In this document: one piece after another, positions 23,201 through 33,823 of the stretch | Position numbering within the stretch: the first letter of the stretch is position 1 | How the letters are laid out: each line of letters opens with the position of its first letter | NCBI GenBank assembly: GCA_004764695.1 | Contig: SMSO01000035.1 | Span: 4,104,040-4,168,039 of the forward strand | DNA: 64,000 nucleotides | Direction: 5' to 3' | DNA from: Schizochytrium sp. TIO01 | Taxonomy: Eukaryota > Protista > Bigyra: Labyrinthulomycetes | Position numbers and translations under genes: made by a program | The notes under the pieces: generated by a model | Seen by the model: only the letters and a program-made list of their open reading frames with translations | Told to the model about the DNA's origin: nothing | Database searches by the model: none

Positions 23201-24364
23201 TCATCGCGGCTTGTAACCTTCCCCAGTGGTAGATGCTGATGAAGTCGCTCCCATCTCCTCAGCAGCCGCCATTGCTTCTTCATTTGCCGCAGCAATTTGT
23301 GCTTCCTCTTCGGGAGAAAATTGTAAGAGTGCTTTGGGCAGTGGGTGTCCATCTGGAAGGGTGGTCGAAGGGTCCTTGATCTCGTCAAAGAAGGGGTGTG
23401 CAAGTGCAGCCAATGGTTTCACACGACTGTTTGGTTTGTAGGCCAACATTTGGGAAACCAGTTCGATTCCCTCTGGGGGTGTTGAGGACCGGAAGAGTTT
23501 TGACCAAGGGTGCGCCTGGATTTGCGGGAACTTGAATTCAGTATAGTAGCGATTCATGGCCTCAATTTCATCGCGCGATGGGGTGCCAAGAACCTTGATG
23601 ATCTCAACAAGCTGATCGACACCGCTGCCACCAGGGAAGAGGGGTTGACCAAGCATGAGTTCACCGAAGACACAACCGAGAGACCAGATGTCAATGGCTG
23701 TTGTGTACTCTGTAGAGCCAAAGATGAGCTCCGGCGCGCGGTAAAAGCGCGAACAAATATATGACACATTAGGCTCACCTTGCACGAGCATCTTTGCACT
23801 TCCAAAGTCACAAAGTTTCAGGGTATGGTCGACTGGGTTGAGCAAGAGGTTTTGCGGCTTGATGTCTCGGTGACATATTCCAAGGCTGTGGATGTAGCCA
23901 AGAGCCCTGCATAGCTGGAAGACATAGAGCTTGGTGTATAGCACCGGAACAATCTCCTTGCTCTTCTGGTAAGATCGGATTACACGGTAGACCGTTTCAG
24001 GAACAAACTCAAGCACCAGGTTAAGGTACAATTCATCTGCAGAATCGCCGTTGCTGTAGAAGCAGTGTTTGAGTTGCACAATGTTTGGGTGATCAAGCTG
24101 ACGCATCACTTGAAGCTCCCGGTTCTTAAAGCGTTTGTCTTGCAGGACCTTCTTGATGGCCACCACTTCTCCCGTTTGGACCACGGTTGCACGGAATACA
24201 ACACCAAAAGACCCATTTCCGATAACCTTTTCAGCACTGTAACTAATTGTCTGCGGCTGATCTGCCCCATTGCCTCGTGATTTAGACTCGTCAAGGTGCT
24301 GGCCCATGGTGTGCCCTTGGGCACCGCTGCTGCTAGCACCTGCTGCATTCATGCTACGATCCAT
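23201..24364 (-). CDS. GSK3: Glycogen synthase kinase-3 / shaggy-like kinase (true 5' end uncertain)
   Basis: [65 protein letters not shown] and [16 protein letters not shown]. First ATG at 24364; the frame stays open to 24682. Confidence 0.97.
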   Translation of the reverse strand: MDRSMNAAGASSSGAQGHTMGQHLDESKSRGNGADQPQTISYSAEKVIGNGSFGVVFRATVVQTGEVVAIKKVLQDKRFKNRELQVMRQLDHPNIVQLKHCFYSNGDSADELYLNLVLEFVPETVYRVIRSYQKSKEIVPVLYTKLYVFQLCRALGYIHSLGICHRDIKPQNLLLNPVDHTLKLCDFGSAKMLVQGEPNVSYICSRFYRAPELIFGSTEYTTAIDIWSLGCVFGELMLGQPLFPGGSGVDQLVEIIKVLGTPSRDEIEAMNRYYTEFKFPQIQAHPWSKLFRSSTPPEGIELVSQMLAYKPNSRVKPLAALAHPFFDEIKDPSTTLPDGHPLPKALLQFSPEEEAQIAAANEEAMAAAEEMGATSSASTTGEGYKPR

Positions 24365-25109
24365 GGTCTCAGAGGTGAATGAAGACAGTTGGCCTCCTTG
24401 GTGTGTGGTAGAAGTTTCTTGTGCAAGGCTAAGTTGATGTTTTTCAAACTCTTGTCGCTTCCGGGCAGCTCTGTTCACGCCGCCGCAGAGCGTTGAGCAA
24501 ACACTCTTCTTCTGTTTAGAAAACGGTTTTTTCCAGCCCGAATGAGGATCCGCTTCGATTTCTTCAGAGTGCACGTCCCCTTTTACAACAACCGCGCCGC
24601 TGGGGCGAGATCTTCGTGAAGATGCACGAGACGTTTCGAAAACCAGTATGTGAGCTAGCGAGCTAGCCGCGTAGCCCTTGATCTAAACCCTCGACTATCG
24701 TCACCTAAAAATGTCGACTGCTGGTCCCCCAAAACTGAGCTAAGGGGCAACCTTCAAATGAGTACGTGGATTGGTCGGCACAATCAGAGCAACCTGAATA
24801 AGAAGACGGACCCCCCCACTACCACTGCGAAACGGCCAGGCCTAACAATCTTTACCCTCACTCAGAAGATCAAACAGTTGCTCACTGCAAAAGTCAACAG
24901 ATCAAAAAGGCAATCTAATCTGTTGGACCTCAATTGATGCAATTTCAGAGGCCAAACTAGCCTGATATTTGCAGCCTTTACTAGCGAACAGATCTAACTC
25001 GTACGAAATCCACACTTGCTGATCGAACCCTGTCTTTCTACTGTAGACTTCAAACCAGGAAACCAAATTTACCGGTTGTGTAGATGTTTGTCCTAAATCC
25101 CCTTCAATC

Positions 25110-27540
25110 TCAGCCAGCCAGCCAGCGAGCCAGCCAGCTAGCTAGCTCCTCCTAAAGAAGTTTCCGGTATCGTGTAGGTGTAGGAATCCACGCGAGTATG
25201 ATTGACGAGCAGCCTTCGTCTATCCAACGTGAACTTCAAGAAAGAAATCAATATTATATATATATATATGAACAGTATGAGCACCAATCTCGCGCAGGTG
25301 CTCGCTCGGTCAGGATGTCGCGGCTCGCTCCTCGCGCGGCGGTTCGCGGCCTTCGCTTCGGGTCGACTCCTGGTGCCCGGTGTCCTCCGGCGATCGTTTC
25401 GCGGCGGCGTCTGTGTCAGCGTCGGCGTGCGCGTCGCGTCGAGCTCGAGGCGGCGGAGTAGTTGGCAGTCTGCCTTTTTCTCTTCTGTCTCTTCACCGCT
25501 TTCTCTCTCTCAACCACTTTCACTTTCACTTTCACTTTCGCTTTCACTTTCGTTTGTTTTTACCTCCTCGTTTAAAAAAGAATAGTTTTCATTTTAAAAA
25601 AAAACTAGAAAAGCCACCATCGTATACTATTCTGCACTGTATCGCCTTTATTTAACACCATAAGACCACTTTTAGTCAGTAAAAGACCATTTATCTTTGA
25701 AAACAGCATTTAAACCATAGACAGACAGAGAGACAGAGAGAGAGAGACAGACAGGCACTCCCTTCAAAGTTTTTATTTTTAAAAGAGAAAGAGAAAAGAA
25801 AGAGAAAAGAAAGAGAAAGAAAGAGATCGCTGCGCTTCCATAGTAAGTACGGTATAGGCGGGTCGTACTAAAAGCTATCATCAATAGCATGAACGTCTTT
25901 CAATGCCACAGTCGCTAGTCAGCCTCTAGATAGGCCTACGCCCGAAGTTGCGTATCCAGCTAAACAGACGCTAATAAAATACCGATGCTGTCCGCATGTA
26001 GCTTAAGGGTTCCTAATCAACTGCTAAGAGGGCGGCCGTATTTTAATATCGCGAGGATTGATCGACGGTAGGACACAGCTAAGCGCCGCTAGGGTACAAC
26101 GAATTGAATGCCTCCGCCTCTTTACGCGCCTATCTATCTCTATCTATCTCTATTCTATCTCTCTCTATCTCTATCTATCTATCTCTATCTCTATCCTATC
26201 TATCTTTGTGTCTGTCTATATCTTTCTATATCTTTCTATCTCTCTCTATCTCTATCTATTTCTATCTATCTGCTCCAAAGATCTCTGATTTCCTCTGCTT
26301 TCAACGAAGACCTGAAAAGGTACGCTACAAGATGCGAAAGGCGTGATTTCTGTTTGGTTTTGCTGACAACGAGTCCGTTCGTCCGTCCGTCAGTGAGTCA
26401 GTGAGTCAGTGAGTCAATCGATCGATCAATCCACCGGCCAATCAATCGATGCGTCGATAGATGGACGAACGAACGATCAATCAATCAACCAATCGATCGA
26501 TCACCGTCATTGCTCATTCACTCATCTGTTTATTTATCCATTTATCTATTATGTATCTATTTATTGACTTACTTACTTATCATCAGACTAAGATAAACAA
26601 CGACACACCGACGGCAATAATGACAGTAATATAACGAAGCATCGTATGTGTATATATACATATGCATATATGTATATATACGTATGTATGTATGTATGTA
26701 TGTATGTGTATATTTACGTATGTATATATGTATATCTGTGTATGTATGTATGTCCGTGTGTATGTAAGTTATGGTACCTTCTTCGCATGTGAATAAGTAA
26801 GTAAGTAATAATTAACTCATTCATTCATTCATTCATTCATTCCCTCATTGACTCATTGACTCATTAAGCCATTAAGTCACTCCTTAATTTGTTCGTTCAC
26901 CCAAATGAATAAATCAATCAATCTCAGTCTTTGAGGTGTTCGTTACCGTCGATGATCGTTTCCACAGCCTCGAGAAGCGAGAGGACTCCTGAACGGGGCA
27001 CTCACCATCGCGGCAGGAGCTGCACCGCCGTCCTTCCTTCCTTCCTTCCTTCCTTCCTTCCTTCCTCGAGTCATTCGGCAGGCAGTCCAGGCGGCGCGAA
27101 GCCCTGTGATCCTCTTCCTCGAAGAAGAAGAAGCAGAAGAGCTCGAATGGTCTTCTTCGCCGCTGTCGTTGTCGTTGTCGTTGTCGTTGTCGCTGTCGTT
27201 GTCTGTGCTCAGAACCCATTTTTGCTCTCTTTCTTTCTTTCTTTCTTTCTAAATTTCTAAATTTCTTTCTTTCTTTCTTTCTAAATTTCTAAATTTCTTT
27301 CTTTCTAAATTTCTTTTCTTTCTTTCTAAATTTCTTTCTAAATTTCTTTCTAAATTTCTTTCTTTCTTCTTTGTTGGTCTGTTTAAGCTCTGAAGATGTT
27401 TCAAGAAAGCGCAAATTAATATCAGTGAACGAACGAACGAATGAATGAATGAATGAATGAACGAATGAATGAATGAATCTAATTAAAATTAAATGAACGA
27501 ATGAGTGAGTGAGTGAATGAAAGAATGAATGAACGAAGTT
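25110..27540. repeat. Compound microsatellite field upstream of GSK3
   Basis: Approximate blocks: (CCAG)n 25110-25140, (CACTTT)n 25515-25550, (TCTA/TC)n 26130-26270, (TCAA/TCGA)n 26410-26500, (TATG)n 26645-26765, (TCAT)n 26815-26865, (TTCC)n 27031-27065, (GTCGTT)n 27165-27200, TTTC/TTTCTAAA 27230-27370, (GAAT/GAAC)n 27425-27535. Confidence 0.95.
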
Positions 27541-28982
27541 TTACGAGGTTCTCGTCAACGCTTCAGTTTTAATGAGTTTCGATTTCAATCTTTGAGCTGA
27601 AGGAGAGAGAAGAACCTGAAAGAGGAAAAATATTCGCGAGAGGACTCTTAGGGAAAGTATTGGCTGCACCATTAGGCGCCGCCTCGTGCTCTGCGAAAGA
27701 AGAGAGACGGTCGCGGGGCTGGAAAAGAGAGAGGGGCTGTGGGAGGAGAGCCTTGAAGGATGGGTCGGGGATAGGCGAAGTGAGGGATGATTTTTATTTG
27801 GTGTGGTTACACGGGGAAATAGGTAACACTGGAAGGGGTGGAGGATAAAGGGACCGTGGCTGTGGATGGAGGTTAAGAGGTAGAAGCTCCGCAGCCAGCG
27901 CGGGGTGCTCAGCCTGCGGAAGCTGAAAGACGCAGTGATGATGAGAGGAGACCACTGTTCACATTGACTAGGACTGTTATCCCCACAGAGGAAAGTTGAA
28001 TTAAAAATGGCAATTTACCCGAGAGAAGGAAAACCTTCTGCACGTGTCAGTGTTAACACATCAAACGATATGCTAGTGGAGGATAAACTGGTGCCTCCAG
28101 TTAATTAGCCGAAGCCTCTTTCTATTTTTCTTAATTTTTTGTAAGCGAGGGTCTGTGTATGAGCCATATCTCTAGTTGTGGTTTATATTCCAGTGCGTCA
28201 ATCTCTTGCCCTGGTTCCCGAAATATGCCCTTTTTGGACCCATGAGTTCTCTTCATGGACGCAAATAACCTCTCCAAGTTTGGTGCAAGCGAGTCGCTTA
28301 GGTCTTTTTATATGATCCCAAAGCGGCCGTGACCCATATTACGCCTATGTAAGGTAGGCGATGATCTTCGGGTTGTCAAAGAAAGAAGGAAAAGGAAGGA
28401 GGTAGGAGCTACTAGTCTTAATAGTATGACTAGTAGTAGTGAGATGGAGCTAACAAGAGGATATACTTCTATTAGGCGAATAAGTGACTTTGGAGAAGTA
28501 ACGTACAGTAAACAAAATGTTCCACAAGTGAGCTATAGACATTGACTATAGTGACCTATTCATATAGTTCACTATATGAATGAATAGTTCACTATGAGGA
28601 GGAAAGGAGGCAAGAGGTAAATGAATAAAGTAAAGGAAAAGGGTCGATGGGTAAAGCTTTGATCGATCCATTGCAGCAGTTCACGATATCGTATACGTGT
28701 TGAGCGACGGTCGAGGGCTCTCGTCGCTGGCAGGGAGTAGATTTTATCCTGGCGTGCTTGCCTGGACGTGAAGCTTTTGGGTGGAGTGGCAGACGTGCGA
28801 ACCAGCTTCGGTTTGGGCGAGATCGGACACCGTTGCCAGTTTGGAGCGGCCTCTGTTGAAGAGGATAACAAAGGTGACGTGGACTGTAAGCTCTGAGCAG
28901 TGGCCCACTGTAGATTCTTGTGGAAACTTGACACAGCCTATCATAGGAATCTGGGAGATTTCTTGAAGGTTTGAAAGGGAAG

Positions 28983-29516
28983 ATGTCTACTCCTAGCGTG
29001 AAGGGTGTCGTCATTCTCGACAGCACCGATGGCTCTCGGATGCATGCCAAGTATTTTGCCAAGTCCCTGAGAGACCAGAAAGCGCAGCTGGAATTCGAGC
29101 GCTCCCTATTCCAAAAGACCCGTGGACAGAATGCCAGATCAGAGGCTGAGATCGTGATGCTCGACAACACCGTTGTGGTATACCGTGCAGGAATTGATGT
29201 TGTGTTTTACATTTGTGGTGAGCCTGATGAGAACGAACTCATCCTGGTTAGCGTACTGGACGCTATGTATGAGGCTCTGAGTGGTATTCTCCGCAGCCAC
29301 TTGGAGAAGAGGACGCTATTGGATAACCTTGATCTTGTCCTCCTCACTGTGGACGAGCTCGTGGATGGAGGCCTTATCCTTGAGACCGACCCCGTAGCCA
29401 TTGCTAACCGCGTACTCATGAAGGGTGCCACCGGTGAAACCCCTATGAACGAACTTACTATTTCTCAGGCATTGCAGAGTGCAAGAGATCAGCTCGCTAA
29501 GTCATTCCGCCAGTAA
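28983..29516 (+). CDS. COPZ1: Coatomer subunit zeta (clathrin adaptor small-chain family)
   Basis: VKGVVILDSTDGSRMHAKYF...FERSLFQKT...DENELILVSVL...LEKRTLLDNLDLVLLTVDELVDGGLILETDP. ATG at 28983, 177 aa. Confidence 0.95.
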   Translation: MSTPSVKGVVILDSTDGSRMHAKYFAKSLRDQKAQLEFERSLFQKTRGQNARSEAEIVMLDNTVVVYRAGIDVVFYICGEPDENELILVSVLDAMYEALSGILRSHLEKRTLLDNLDLVLLTVDELVDGGLILETDPVAIANRVLMKGATGETPMNELTISQALQSARDQLAKSFRQ

Positions 29517-30436
29517 GTATTACGCAACTTGTGCTCATCTGACCACGTACATCAGATCAGTGTTTGCTTCTGTGCGACCGACTAAGCTCTAGACTCGTGG
29601 GACCTTAGCTGGCAAGCGCCTTGTAGCAAGCCGCTGCTTTCTCGCCTTCTATTGTTTTTTAAAGCCCGCAATCATCTCTGCTCCCCTCTTGCTTGTGCGT
29701 TGCATTGGAAGAGCGAGGCTGGCATAAATACACAATTCACATCTTTCCGACCAAACAAATACAATGAGATGTCGCTGGTCTCACATCGTTTGTTGCTCAC
29801 TTGTTTGCCAGCATTCACCATGAATAGCTGATGATTCCCTCTGGGCCTGGCATAGTAAACCTGGCCCTGCGTATATATCGGGCACGTTTTCAGTCTCATA
29901 GCCACCACTTCAGACCACAGCCACTCTTTTGTTCGATTTTCCTTTTCGTTTTTCCGTCTCAGAGAAGATAAACCAGAAGTTGATGAGAATCAAAAGTCAA
30001 AGTTTAACATTAAAGAAAGAAAATCTAAACATTGCATAGCTATTCTCAAACATTGTTACAAATAGTTTGTTTCCCTCTTGCTGTCGTAGTGTCCTTTGTA
30101 TGTTCCCATCCAAAGCCAAGATCAAAGTGTTACAAAGTAGAAGATGTAACCAAAGACAAACCTTGTTTCTCCCAGTCTGCATGTCCTTCCTTACCTTTTT
30201 GTCTGCATGTTTTTATTTACAGTTCTTAAGAGCTGTACTCCACGCAAATGATCTCTTAGCATCTATTTACCTGGCTTGCTTTCAAGTCACGGACTCAATG
30301 ATTTGTAGCACATGTACATATGCAAATACAACATCATTTGATATGAAAAAATGTAGAGGATAATAATTTGATGTCTTAGTGCACAGCCTGCGTTTTTAAC
30401 TTTAATGGGATTATCATCTCAGGATCACCTTGTTCA

Positions 30437-33406
30437 TCATTCATTCGTAGCTTCTGATTTACTATGCTGCAAGGAACCAAAGCAGCCTGCTTGTATTAAA
30501 AGCATCGATATATCGTCAATATTGATCATTGGGTTGGGCCGGCCTTCCATGTAACAACCAAACTCATCGAGGGTAAGCTTCAACATTTGCCACTCATCAT
30601 TCGAGTTTACACGGAGAATGTCGTCTTCTTCTTCCTCGTCATCAAGGTCATCGTCGTTACGGTCACTCTCATCCCCATCGTGTTCTGCTGAGCCAGCTTC
30701 ATCAGCTTTATATAGTGTTGTATGTAGTCTACCCGAAGCGCGCTCTTGTTGCAATGCAAGGGCGTGTTTCCGGCGCTCAGCTAGGGAGTTTCTAAGGGCT
30801 GATTCAGCAGATACTTGAGCTAGCTCCAAATCAACCCAAACCGTATAGTCAACCCCGCCTTGTTGCAAATAAGGACCTAATGGGTCCAAAAAAGTGTAGA
30901 ATTTGTCAACAAAATCCGAAGGCGCTTCGCATAAGGTACGAAACACCTTAGGGCCAACCTTTGTTGATTTGTAACGTAACAATGTCAGGTGGAAGTTTAC
31001 CAATGCACAGTCTGCTAAATCGGAGTGCCCGTACTCCTCGTGAAAAAGGTCAGACATGTCTCGAGCCAAAACACCTGGCGTATAGTTAGGTCTTTTTCGT
31101 AATTTAAGAACCCACAAATGAGTCCGAAAGATAACTTCATACAAATTTCGAAGAGACCATAGAGCGCGGCCTCCGCCACGCTCAAAGAGAGAATCGTCTA
31201 CAGGAGAACGCAGGAATGTCCACACAGAAGAAGGAATGTCAAAGCGAGTGAGGGATCCATTACCCTTCTTTGTTGCACGTGGTTGCCCACCTTGGTCGCT
31301 TGGTTTTCCTCCTCCCGCTAGCCTCTTCCCACGTCCACCGCGTTTTGCTGGACTTGATTTACCTCCAATATGTGGTTTCCGGGAAGAAGCTCCTTTAGTT
31401 GGAGAGACACTAGAGCTATGTTTAGTTTTTTGAGGACCGGGTGACTTCAATCTTTTGCCTTTGGCTGGGTCATCCCCTGATTCTAGAGACATTTCCCAGC
31501 TTGTATGGTGAGCTACAAATTCGTGTTTTCCCACTAAGCTATTTTCTACATATGCACGCTCAAATCTTAGAGTGAGCCTTTCAATGTCTGCGTAGAGCTC
31601 AATCAGTGAATCCAGATCCTTCACTTTGATCATTTGCTTTCGTCGACGAACTTCTCGCTCCTTCGCTCGGGCCTCTCGCTGGCGTTCGGCTTCGCGCTCT
31701 ACATGAGCAATCTCTTGGTTAAGCCTCGATAGTTCTTGCTCAATGGCCCGTTCTTCTGCTGCATCCAAGTCTTCGCCAAATCCATCACTTTCGTCAGACG
31801 TTGACGAAGAGGACGATGACGCACTTCCAGGTGAAGCTCTTCCACTTTGTGCTGGAATGCCTGGGCCCAGAATTTCAGCAACGCAAATTCCACCCTCTTC
31901 AGATGTAATACTGGCAAGGGAACTCGCATTTGATCGTCGTGTATTAATTCCTGACTTCGACTTCATTTTGTACCCTTCGTCAGTGTTACTAGCCTGAGAT
32001 GAGCTAGATCTCATCCCAAATGAACTTCTTGATAAAGTATGCTTCTTTCCGCGACCAGTAGCGTCGTCTTCGCCGTTTTCCTGGTCACCCGTTTCTACCC
32101 CCTCCTCATTGCCTTGGGCCTTAGCCTGCGCGCTTTCTGACAGACTTTGTTCGTGCTCCAGTTCCTGCCTTGCAACTGTAACGACGTGCTCTAAATCCTG
32201 TTCGATACCCAGTAGTCTACGTTCTTGCTCAAGCAGAACAACGAGGGCTTCCTCCTTAGTGGATAAGCGCCTCTGAATATCACGTTGCTGTTTGCACAAA
32301 GCTTCGATCTCTTGTGAGGCTTTAGCTAAAAGCTGGCGATTGGACTCATAACGCGTTGTTAGGCGTCGAATATTTTTTAAGAGCTGATTAATTTCGTCAT
32401 CTGGCCGCATATCGGCTCTGCATTTTGCTACAATCACCATCAAAAGCTCAAGATGAGCTTTCCACACGTGCAAAAGTGCAGTTGCTAACATTGGCTTGGA
32501 TGGACTCAACCTCTCAGCTACTGATTCGAATGTCTTTGAATACATTGGAATAACCTCCACAACTCCCTTCAAGCTTGTGGAGCATTGCTTTACGCGTTCC
32601 CAGTCAATAGAAACACCTTGAATGTACGATGTATACTCTTGAATAGACTGAGTTGTACTGATCAGCTTTCGCCCAACCAGCCGTCGTGAGCGAAGATTTG
32701 GCGAATCTTTTGATCGCAATCGATCATGTTGTCTCGGTAGCGAAGGTTGGTGATGGTCGTGTGGACTTGAAAGGTTTCTAGCTTCAAGCGTCTTCTTTTT
32801 CTCGGGTGTGCTTTGAACCTCTGTTCTTGGATCTTCCTCTGTCTTCTGCAATATCCTGGAAGCGTCGTTGGTGGATTTAGTTGGCAATATGAATGTCAAT
32901 TCATCATCTAGTTGACCTTGGGCCAGAAAATGATCATATTGCTCACGGATTCCTCGAAGAAGATTGCCACAGCCATGGAGCTCTCGAGCGAGGAGCTCAA
33001 ACACCTCCTCGTCTGTGAGCTCACTTAAAATTTCTGGATTAAGTCGCAACGTGATTTCAGGTTTGCCTGTTTTGGGCTCAGCCTCCGTGAGAGCTCCTTG
33101 TGAATGGCCTAGGTCTGGATGCAGTATGAATTGTTGTTGCTGTTGTTGTTGTTGATCATAGTCACCTTGAGTATTTGCATCATTTGCTGGTGTTATTAGA
33201 CTTAACTGTCTTTCTACATCAGTCAAAGAAACAGCACGTGTCTCTGTATTTTGCCCCGCCGCTTCCTTAGTTACAGTATCTTGCTTCTCATCGCTTCTCT
33301 TGGCCAATTGACATTGTGTCGATAGATTTGACCTTGTATCTATCCCGCTATCATAGTCTGCTGCTGGTACTAGGAATGCGTTGAGTTTGTGGAGTGCCTC
33401 TTCCAT
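30437..33406 (-). CDS. Uncharacterised coiled-coil protein with low-complexity linkers and a helical C-terminal domain
   Basis: ~989-aa ORF from the first ATG (33406), with heptad-rich E/Q/R/K segments and poly-Q, poly-S and acidic tracts. No catalytic motif recognised. Confidence 0.75.
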   Translation of the reverse strand: MEEALHKLNAFLVPAADYDSGIDTRSNLSTQCQLAKRSDEKQDTVTKEAAGQNTETRAVSLTDVERQLSLITPANDANTQGDYDQQQQQQQQFILHPDLGHSQGALTEAEPKTGKPEITLRLNPEILSELTDEEVFELLARELHGCGNLLRGIREQYDHFLAQGQLDDELTFILPTKSTNDASRILQKTEEDPRTEVQSTPEKKKTLEARNLSSPHDHHQPSLPRQHDRLRSKDSPNLRSRRLVGRKLISTTQSIQEYTSYIQGVSIDWERVKQCSTSLKGVVEVIPMYSKTFESVAERLSPSKPMLATALLHVWKAHLELLMVIVAKCRADMRPDDEINQLLKNIRRLTTRYESNRQLLAKASQEIEALCKQQRDIQRRLSTKEEALVVLLEQERRLLGIEQDLEHVVTVARQELEHEQSLSESAQAKAQGNEEGVETGDQENGEDDATGRGKKHTLSRSSFGMRSSSSQASNTDEGYKMKSKSGINTRRSNASSLASITSEEGGICVAEILGPGIPAQSGRASPGSASSSSSSTSDESDGFGEDLDAAEERAIEQELSRLNQEIAHVEREAERQREARAKEREVRRRKQMIKVKDLDSLIELYADIERLTLRFERAYVENSLVGKHEFVAHHTSWEMSLESGDDPAKGKRLKSPGPQKTKHSSSVSPTKGASSRKPHIGGKSSPAKRGGRGKRLAGGGKPSDQGGQPRATKKGNGSLTRFDIPSSVWTFLRSPVDDSLFERGGGRALWSLRNLYEVIFRTHLWVLKLRKRPNYTPGVLARDMSDLFHEEYGHSDLADCALVNFHLTLLRYKSTKVGPKVFRTLCEAPSDFVDKFYTFLDPLGPYLQQGGVDYTVWVDLELAQVSAESALRNSLAERRKHALALQQERASGRLHTTLYKADEAGSAEHDGDESDRNDDDLDDEEEEDDILRVNSNDEWQMLKLTLDEFGCYMEGRPNPMINIDDISMLLIQAGCFGSLQHSKSEATNE

Positions 33407-33823
33407 TGCCTTGGTGAGACGACTACTCAATGCAAGGTTACCTCAACGAGATGGCCTCCTCGTCCTCAGATCAGCCAAACCGTCCCACTGCCATGGGTAT
33501 TGTTAATGGTGAAATTCCATCCCAATTCATGTTTCCCATGTAGTGAGAGCAAAAGCTCAAGGGGGTTTAGTAGAAGCCAACTATGGTGATATATTCGTTA
33601 CAAACTAGGTACACACGTTTGTTTGGGTCTAGAATGACCATAATAATTTTCCCTTATATATTGTGGGATAATCGAAAGAGATTATTATCTATACAGCTTG
33701 TCAACATAGTGACCCAGGAATGCCTTGGTCAAACCTAAGAACTGGTATATTCCCACTGGTATAAAACCTTCAGTCTAAAAATGGTAACGTGCTATTTCAT
33801 TAAAATTGAGATAATTAATGCAA

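Noticed and set aside
23740-23765. GSK3 SYICSRFYR instead of the usual SYICSRYYR
   Set aside because: Conservative change; the activation-loop Tyr of SYICSR is intact.
26058-27260. Short ORFs with SISIYL, RQRQRQ or VVVVV runs
   Set aside because: They are translations of microsatellites.
29513-29518. GTAAGT donor-like site overlapping the coatomer zeta stop codon
   Set aside because: The protein is already full length for the family and I cannot identify a convincing acceptor; needs RNA-seq.
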